Source of the DNA: Eledone cirrhosa
Lineage: Eukaryota
DNA length: 64,000 nt
Direction of reading: 5' to 3'
NCBI GenBank assembly: GCA_964016885.1
Contig: OZ024752.1
Coordinates: 47,926,001-47,990,000, forward strand
This document shows positions 54,729-64,000 of this stretch, one piece after another. The notes beneath the pieces are model-generated. The model searched no databases. It saw only the letters and a list, made by a program, of their open reading frames with translations, and was not told where the DNA came from. Within the stretch, counting starts at the first letter, position 1. Each line of letters begins with the position of its first letter. The translations under genes and the position numbers were made by a program.

Positions 54729-55538
54729 ATAAAGTTTTGTATCATTTAATGTGTAATTAAAATCAGAGTGGTAGTGAATGTCCACAAAATATAAGTATGG
54801 ATTCTGCAGGTTTTTTTAAAAGAAACTGTATAAGGAGGTTTTGTGACAAAATAAGTGTGAGAAACCAGTGAGGTGGAAGATCCTTCATCTTCTTGAAAGG
54901 TAATTGATTCTAACTAACTTAAACAGGCACAAGGCCACAAATGTTGAGAAGAAGTTGTGGCAGATTTAATTGAGGCTGCACTACTTGTCCATAACTCCTT
55001 CAAAAAAAACTTCAATGGCATTCATGGAAACTGGGTCAATTTATAGTACATCCTCTCCACAACTGGCAACACCACAACTACCACCCCCACCACAACAACA
55101 ACAACAACATTCAAACTACAATTTTCCACTGCCCTCACCCTCTCCCATCTACCCTTTCCATAACAATACCTTCCTTTTGCTATCCTCCTCCACCTCTCCT
55201 TTTTCTTAACTACATCAAGGTCATTGACTTTCTGAGTACCTTTATTCCACCAGCCCACTCACACCACTTTATATACACCCTATATAGACCTTATACACAC
55301 CCTATATACACCCTATATCAACATCTTTGACTGGGTCACGAATTCCAAGTTGTTTAATACCTAGCATTGGGGACACTTCAGTTCTTTGAGTAATAAAACT
55401 GTTTCTCATTTCTGTCAACTACATCAAGCATTACTCATATATGTCTTCATTGTAGTGAAACTCTGAGGGTGAAAGCAGAAATTTTTTGCTTAAATTTTTA
55501 ATCTGTACTAATAATAAATATTTGCTCTATGGGTTTAT

Positions 55539-56005
55539 ATCATCATCATTTTCATCATTTCATTTTACGTCCGCTTTTCCCTGCTTGCAAGGGTGGGACG
55601 GGAACTGATTCTGGCTTGATTTCTACAGCTGGATGCCCTTCCTAACACCAACCTCATTTACAGTGAGTGCTGGGTGCTTTTTTTGCCTTGCAATCGAAAG
55701 GTTGTGAGTTCAATTCTCGGACCGGGTGATGTGTTGTTTCCTTGAGCAAGACACTTTATTTCACATTGCTCCAGTTTACTCAGCTGTAGAAATGAGATGA
55801 TAGGGATCCCAGTCCCTATCATTCCACTGCAAAGTGGTCGTGGAGGTGACACGGCAAAAAAGCACCCAGCACTCACTGTAAATGAGGTTGGTGTTAGGAA
55901 GGGCATCCAGCTGTAGAAATCAAGCCAGAATCAGTTCCCGTCCCACCCTTGCAAGCAGGGAAAAGTGGACGTAAAATGATGATGATGATGATGATGATGA
56001 TGATA
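55539..56005. mobile_element. Head-to-head pair of SINE S2 copies
   Basis: A minus-strand 3' fragment (55539-55687) is fused to a near-full plus-strand copy (55685-56005). Confidence 0.85.
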
Positions 56006-56307
56006 TTACTTTCTTTCAGTCAAAGGAAAACATGAGGGCAACAACTATTTTTCTATCTCTGATTATATTGATCACACCTTCCTATCCCCCATACACACAC
56101 ACACACACACAGATACACACACACACATGTTTGTATGTGGGGCAGTTAATTGACTCTTGTTTGTTTGTTTGTTTGTTTGTTTGTTTTTTGTGTTCATATT
56201 TCTTGTTTCTTGTCTTCACTGAGTGTGTTCACTGCAGTGTGTCTGTGTGTTGAAGCCACTGCAGAATATGTTGCTGTCATATGCAGCTACTTGATATATC
56301 AGAAAGG

Positions 56308-56722
56308 TAGTGGTGGTAGTGGTGTTTGTGGTAGTGGTGGTGATGGTGTTGGTTGTGGTGCTGGTAGTGGTGTTAGTGGTGGTATTCGTGCTGATAATGG
56401 TGATGGTGTTGGTTGTGGTGCTAGTGGTGATGTTGTTGTTGGTGGTGGTGGTACTGGTAGTGGTGACAGTGGTGTTTGTGGTAGTGGTGGTGATCTTGTT
56501 GATAGTAGTGCTGATAATGGTTGTGGTGTTGGTTGTGGTGCTAGTGGTGATGTTGTTGTTGTTGTTGGTGGTGCTGGTAGTGGTGGTGATGGTGTTGGTG
56601 GTTGAGGTACTTTTGCTGATGTTGTTGTTGTTGTTGATGCTGGTAGTGGTGCTAGTGGTGGTATTGGTGGTATTGGTGCTGGTGTTGGTGGTACTGGTGG
56701 TGCTGGTAGTGGTACTGGTGAT
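56308..56722. repeat. (GGT/GTT)n tract
   Basis: Directly visible. Confidence 0.9.
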
Positions 56723-58620
56723 GTCAGTTATTCTGGTTGTACTAGCCATGATAGTGCATCCATATAATAATAATGTATTTATAGACAGCCATTTAAGGGC
56801 CAGGTCCATTATTGAACCTTAAAGGACTACAGTTATATTTATATTTGTATAATTAAATTAAATAAATAACAATTTCCTATAATCAATAAAGAAATCACTA
56901 AACATCTTTGCTAAGTAACAGCATTGAGAGGGTCATATAGTGTTGTGACCTGTCACATGATTTGAGATGGGTGAATGTGGACTGTGTGGTAGAAAATACA
57001 GGCTTGGTCATTTTTTTTAGTTGGCCAGAGCAAAAAATACTGAAATCTAGGTTCATCAGCTTGCCAAACTGTAATTTAAAATAATTCTATTTGGAGGAAT
57101 GGGGTGGCTAATTTGGAGAGGAGAGCACAAGTTGTTGGCTTAGCCCACGGCGCTAAATATCTAGGTGTTGGCTCCGCACATACTGCGTACTTGATAATCT
57201 TATCAATGTGAATCTAGTTTATTTTCAAATAAATGAATCCTCTCATGAACATATTTCTTATGACATACACGGAACTTGAATTAATTAATGAATAATTTTA
57301 AGGGATTTATTAAAATTACTAATAATTACATTATGAAGATTACATCTGTAACAATTTAACAAATGGTTCTTATATAAAATAATTATATTGGGTGGTTTTA
57401 ATTTAAATAATTACTCTTTGAAATAGGTGGTTTTGTTTAATATAACCAAAGGCAGTTTTGACTGGGTTGGTAACATAAGTGCTAAACTAAAGAAAAATAA
57501 AGTTTACTGGTGAAGAAATCTGAAATTCTTGTATACTACCAAATAATCCACATTACTTCTAGTGAAAAAGAATTTTATTCAAATCTGTTCTTTTTGTAAA
57601 CCTTTGAATAAATAGACCTCTACCATTTAACCAATTTCCTCAGTATTTCATCAAAAGTGTGTATATTATGTTTTCATTTCTTGTCCCAACAAAGGCATAT
57701 TTACAAAGCTTTCGGGCCAAATGCTGACAAAACTTCAATGCTCAATCAATCTGAATAAATAAAATTAGCAAAGGCAGCATGGCAAAAGCTTATACAATTC
57801 AATGGCTATTGGTTTTACTAAACATTGTAATAACACAGCAAAGGCTGAAGTCCTTTAATTGAAAACAAATAAATAAATAAATAGATAAAAGCATTAGGTT
57901 CTTAGAGAAATCAAATAGATTTGAAACTAGCATGATGTAACTTGATGTGTATATATGTGTCGGCATCAATTAAACTGCATCCAACTTACTGACTCAATTA
58001 CTGTGAACCAGCACAGTAATCTATGATTAGTCCAGCATAGAATAAGATTTTAATCTATAAATGCTGTTTATAACTTACTTTAAGGCTTTTATGTAACAAT
58101 ACAGATTTGAGAAGTTCCATATACACTACCTATGTATGTTGTTATTGTGGTTTACAGTGATGTATTTATCCCTGGCTCCTTGCATTCTGAATTCAAATCC
58201 TGCCAAGGTCAACTTTGTCTTTCATCCTTGTCAGGTTGATAAGAAGGCAGTGAATTGGCAGAATTATTAGAGCAAAGGATCAAATACTTTTTGGAATTTC
58301 TTTTGTCTCTCTCTCTCTTTACTCTGAGTTTAAATCCTGCCCAAGTCAACTTTGACTTTCACCCTTTTGGGATCAATAAATAAGTTACCAGCTAAGAAGC
58401 AAAAGACTGGCAAAATTATTAGAGCATTGGTTGAGATGTTTTGTGGTGTTTGTTCTAACTATCTGCATTCTCAGTTAAAATTCCACACCCTGTGTAAGCA
58501 ACTGTCTATCACATTATATTTAATCTATCTATTAAATAAAGAAATCAATCATATTATATTTACACTCTACTATCCCAAGTATCGAGTACTCTGAGGAATA
58601 ATGGTTTTACTCCTTATATA

Positions 58621-58673
<53 letters not shown>

Positions 58674-58674
58674 T

Positions 58675-58890
58675 AGTCCACGCTGTAATGTGGCCGTGTA
58701 GGTAACAGGGTAAAAAGCTCCCAGTTCCACACTGTAAATGTGGTTGGTGTTAGGAAGGGCATCCAGCCGTAGAAAACCTGCCAGATAGTCCTATACGAGT
58801 GAGACACGGTCACCCGACCAATCTTGCCTCAGATGGGACAATTCCCGTCTAACCCATGCTAGCATGGAAGATAGACGGTAAATGATGAAG
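58675..58890 (+). mobile_element. RTE-tailed SINE variant
   Basis: Homologous to 14520-14742. Confidence 0.85.
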
Positions 58891-59459
58891 AAGATCATCA
58901 TCATCATCCTCACCACCACCACCACCACCACCACCACCACCACCACCACCACCACCACCATCATCATCAACAACATCATCATCGTCGTCGTCGTTTAACG
59001 TCCATCTTCCACGCTTGCATGGGTTTGGACGGTGATATATTTATAAATATGTTCTGAAGAGATTGTTTTGGTAAAAACTGGAGCAAGCAGGAGAAAGCTC
59101 TCAACATTCGTAGTTTGTAGTTACGATGGAAATTGAGTATAATAACAACATTAAGAAGGATGCTGATGTTACAAAATGAAACGGTCAAGGTGTTAGATCT
59201 TCATTACGTTTATTGAGGTGTGACACACGTTTCACGATTGATCAGCTCAAGGTTCATTCTGTATCGATCTGGCCAGACTCTGGAATCAAAAGCTCATTGG
59301 ACTTCTGTTATGGTAATATGTATATATACATGTGTGTGTGTGTGTGTGTAAGCAACTCTATTATATTTACACTCTACTATCCCAAGTATTGAGTACTCTG
59401 CTAAATAATGGTCTTACTAGTTTAAAACTGGTAAAATCCTTTATTTCTATATATATATA

Positions 59460-59890
<431 letters not shown>

Positions 59891-60090
59891 TACATAGAGG
59901 TGGGGCTGAGAGATAAGATAGAGAGGTTTGTTCAGAGATTAGGGGCAGAATAAACTGATAAGTAAGTAACAAAAACCAATCTGAATAAATATTCCTGAAC
60001 CCTAAAAAATGTATTTTCTTTTAAATTTTATCATTATCATCATCATCATCATCATGGTAGTTATTATTATTATCATGATTATTACTATTA

Positions 60091-60128
<38 letters not shown>

Positions 60129-60508
60129 TTGTGTCTATGTTAGAAATTATCATTATTATTATTGTTATTAACTTTTATTTTATTTTATTTTATTTTATTT
60201 TTTTTAACAAATATTATTTTGAATTTTGAATTTTGAATTTAATGCTTCTGATCATGTTTAGTCATGTGTGCATTTGTCAGAGCAGACAGACAGACAGACA
60301 GGCAGGCAGCCATGAGGACACTGTATCTTTAAATCTGTAAATGCTCACAAAGTTTTTCTTCCTTTCTCTTTTTCACTTAATATTTCCTTTCCTCTTTTAG
60401 AGAGGGAACTGAAGGAGACATGGGGACAACTTTTCACAACTGATAATACTCTTTATAAGTCCATATATGCATAAGTCCTTTACAAAAATAAATTTTCACA
60501 TTAAAAAA

Positions 60509-60548
<40 letters not shown>

Positions 60549-60844
60549 AGAGTAGAGTGACTGAGAGAGAAGAGAAGAGAAATAGGTTTGCATTATTGCA
60601 AGACAAAGTCTGAATATTTTCCAACAAATATGGTTATTATTTATCCCAGACAGATTAACATATAGTTACTAAGAACAACTAATGAAGGAACAATTCTAAA
60701 CAGGATTGTTATATTATCTGGCTCAATCTAGACTTGCTTCAACATAACAGTGGCAATATAACTGTATATATGTATGTGTCTGTGTATATATATATATACA
60801 TATATATTCATATATATAGATATGAATATGAATATATATATATA

Positions 60845-60895
<51 letters not shown>

Positions 60896-60917
60896 TATAT
60901 ATGAATATATATATATA

Positions 60918-60959
<42 letters not shown>

Positions 60960-60971
60960 TATATATATATA

Positions 60972-61015
<44 letters not shown>

Positions 61016-61041
61016 TATATATATATGAATATATATATATA

Positions 61042-61081
<40 letters not shown>

Positions 61082-61093
61082 TATATATATATA

Positions 61094-61143
<50 letters not shown>

Positions 61144-61153
61144 TATATATATA

Positions 61154-61197
<44 letters not shown>

Positions 61198-61225
61198 TAT
61201 ATATATATATGAATATATATATATA

Positions 61226-61258
<33 letters not shown>

Positions 61259-61260
<2 letters not shown>

Positions 61261-61449
61261 CAAAGGAATTATGGTAAGGAACCAGGTGGACCATAAAACA
61301 CCAGAGTACTCAATACTTAGGGTAGTAGAGTGGGAAATAGGAAAAAGTATGACCCCGACGGCACAGAGCTCAAGCCGTTTCGACGGCTATTTCAGTCCAG
61401 AAATAGCTGTCGAAACGGCTTGAGCTCTGCCGTCGGGGTCATACTTTTT

Positions 61450-61454
<5 letters not shown>
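61259..61454 (-). mobile_element. Family A fold-back copy
   Basis: Arms 61337-61393 and 61400-61454, inside a long (TA)n tract. Confidence 0.8.
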
Positions 61455-61535
<81 letters not shown>

Positions 61536-61586
61536 TATATGTCAATGATATTAATAAATGGAAACTATCATTTATAAAACCATATT

Positions 61587-61647
61587 TATTCTATTATATA
61601 TATTTCAAGGGTACCAAAACTTTGGTACGCTCTCATCAGATAAAATA
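61587..61647 (-). ncRNA. Minimal type I hammerhead, family H
   Basis: UAUUUUAU-CUGAUGA-GAG-c-GUACCAA/UUGGUAC-c-CUU-GAAA-UAUAUAUA-AUAGAAUA. Confidence 0.85.
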
Positions 61648-62189
61648 TAAAGTTTGTTTTATAAATAGTGACATACCCAAGAATCACACCTTAACGGTTC
61701 AAGTTCTGTTTGAAAAGTTCATAGGCTATCAATGAAGGAGTGATGCTAGAGTTATGAAATCTTGCATGAATTCATTTCAACTCTTCTTATTAATAACTGC
61801 CTTGTTTTTAAGTTTTTTTTTTTCCAGAGACTATGTTGAAAAATAAATCATTTGGTCATTCCATGAGAGTATCTTGGTCAGCCTATGAACTTTTAAAAAA
61901 GCTGACTGTCATATGCATGTGTGCTTCATAGAGCTTCTTGCCAAAACCCAGGCCTGGACAGGATGCTAGTCTATCTCAGGATTAACTCCCCAGCTATACT
62001 GGAACTCACTCCCAGTTGAATGTACTGGAACTAAAGGCTAATTCCAGTAGAGTTCTTTCTATTTACAACTAAGATTATGTTTGGCTGTTGCTCATACATA
62101 AAATATTAAAATGTAGAGATTGGTAATTAAACAGAAGTACAGACAATGTCATTATCATCATCATAGATAAATGGATACATATGACAGTT

Positions 62190-62540
62190 AGATAGATATG
62201 TTTCTTTATTAGCCATAGGGGCACAAAAGAAGGGGACAAATACAAAGGGGGAAGTTTACATACAATAAAAACGTGTAAAATGTTATCACAAATGCAATTT
62301 AAAAAATTTAGTCGATTTTCCCCAATAGGGGGAAACATTACATATGGGTAACACATACCCCCCGAAAAAAATGTGCAACCCTCATCTCCAGGAGTACGAA
62401 GAGTGAGTACCCTTTCCTCTCTTCCTCTTTTTCCTCAACCTACAGGCTGATATAGAGAGAAGGCCCATTCACTCGGGCCATTCTCGCCACTTTCACCCAC
62501 CTTTCATAAAACTTGCTGGGGTACAGCACCTCTCTCTCCA
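62190..62540 (-). mobile_element. L1/Tx1-like LINE 3' end in a (GATA)n tract
   Basis: EREVLYPSKFYERWVKVARMARVNGPSLYISL* resembles Tx1-type C-termini. The 3' UTR ends AATAAAGAAACAT, and the terminal ~60 bp is repeated at 62660-62718. Confidence 0.6.
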
Positions 62541-63181
62541 TCAGATAGATAGATAGATAGCGAGATAGATAGAGAGATAGATAGCTACATAGAGAGGCAG
62601 GCAGATATAGATAAATGGAGAGATAGGTAAAGAGATTCACATATAGGAAAATAGATTGATAGATAGATATGTTTCTTTATTAACCACAGGGGCACAAAAG
62701 AAGGGGTCAAATACAAAGATTGATAGATAGATAGATAGAAAGACAGAAAGAAAGGCTGATAGATAGACAGATAGACAAACAGATAAATAGATAGATAGAC
62801 AGATAGATAGACAGACAAATGGGAAAATAGACAGATAAAGAGATAAGTAGATATATAGACCAAGAAATATTTAGTTTGATTGATTGAATAATTGATAAAT
62901 AAATACATAAAGAGGCTATTAGGTTGATAGATAAAGATAGATGGCAGGCCTTCTATTTATTTTCCTAACAAGAATGAGATGAGAACTTAGCATGTGAGTT
63001 TGATGATTAGAATGGTTTCTACCAGGATAGAATGACAGAGGTAAATATCTATATATCTATATATGTGTGTATATATATGTATATATATATCTATATATAT
63101 GTGTATATATATATATGTCTGTCTTTCTCTCTCTCTCTCATGCTAGCGTGGAAAATGGAAGTTAAACGATGATGATGATGA

Positions 63182-63216
<35 letters not shown>

Positions 63217-63359
63217 CATCGTTTAACTTCCATTTTCCACATATACATGTCTCTCTCTCTCTCTATATATATATATATAAAAAATATATATATATATATA
63301 TATGTCTCTCTCTCTATATATATATATAAAATATATATATATATATGCCTCTCTCTCTT

Positions 63360-63396
<37 letters not shown>

Positions 63397-63398
63397 GC

Positions 63399-63491
<93 letters not shown>

Positions 63492-64000
63492 AGTCTCAAT
63501 ATTATTCTTCCTATTGTTCGTTGGAGAGTGTCTAAAGAAGAAAAGAAAAGACAAGGAAAATGTGACAGCTACAAAGAGGGCATGAAGTTAATTCTGACAA
63601 TCAATGTAGTAGGTAACTGTAATACGTTGGGGGTGAAAGTAGAGTGAAACCAGGGTGTTTCAATGTCACTTGAAGTTTTATTGAAGGAGAATCTGGCAGC
63701 CATGCTGGAGCCAAATACATTTCTCAGATTGTGTCTAGATCATGCATGCAATGTTGTAGAGGGTGTGTTGGAGACATGCACACATGCACATGGATGCATG
63801 TGTGTGTGTGTATGAATGTGTGTATGTGTGCATGTGTGTATGCACGTGTGTGTGTGTCTGTATGCATGTATGTATGTATGAATGTGTGTATGCATGTGTA
63901 TGTATGCATGCATGCATGTATGTGTATGTGTGTATGTATGTGTGTGTAAGCATGTATGCATGTACGGATGTATGTGTGCATGTATGTGTGTATGTATGTG

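Noticed and set aside
59163-59190. Hammerhead CUGAUG...GAAACGGUC
   Set aside because: A9 is missing and helices I and II are not convincing. At most a decayed remnant, so it was not called.

Overview
This is AT-rich, microsatellite-dominated animal DNA, intronic or intergenic. The repeat repertoire looks like that of an octopus or other cephalopod, which is an inference. No intact host protein-coding gene is present, and nearly all ORFs in the track are translations of simple repeats. Recognisable content: (1) a young 5'-truncated RTE-clade LINE at 41.3-43.3 kb with one frameshift and a PHD-like finger inside the RT; (2) 3' fragments of other RTE, CR1 and L1/Tx1 LINEs and a mariner fragment; (3) two tRNA-derived SINE families; (4) piggyBac-like (TTAA) and hAT-like (8-bp TSD) MITEs; (5) several minisatellites; (6) a few weak minus-strand exon candidates. 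The most striking signal is a dense set of short non-coding inserts in (TA)n tracts. They follow the layout of Penelope-like-element terminal repeats (minimal hammerhead ribozyme, AATAAA, GAGTGC/GAGTAC, then the tail), and many are fold-back palindromes. One family (5.3-5.66 kb and 16.56-16.70 kb) carries the full hammerhead catalytic core with covariation-supported helices I and III. Its strand order matches none of hammerhead types I, II or III, so it is a candidate new pseudoknotted ribozyme topology.
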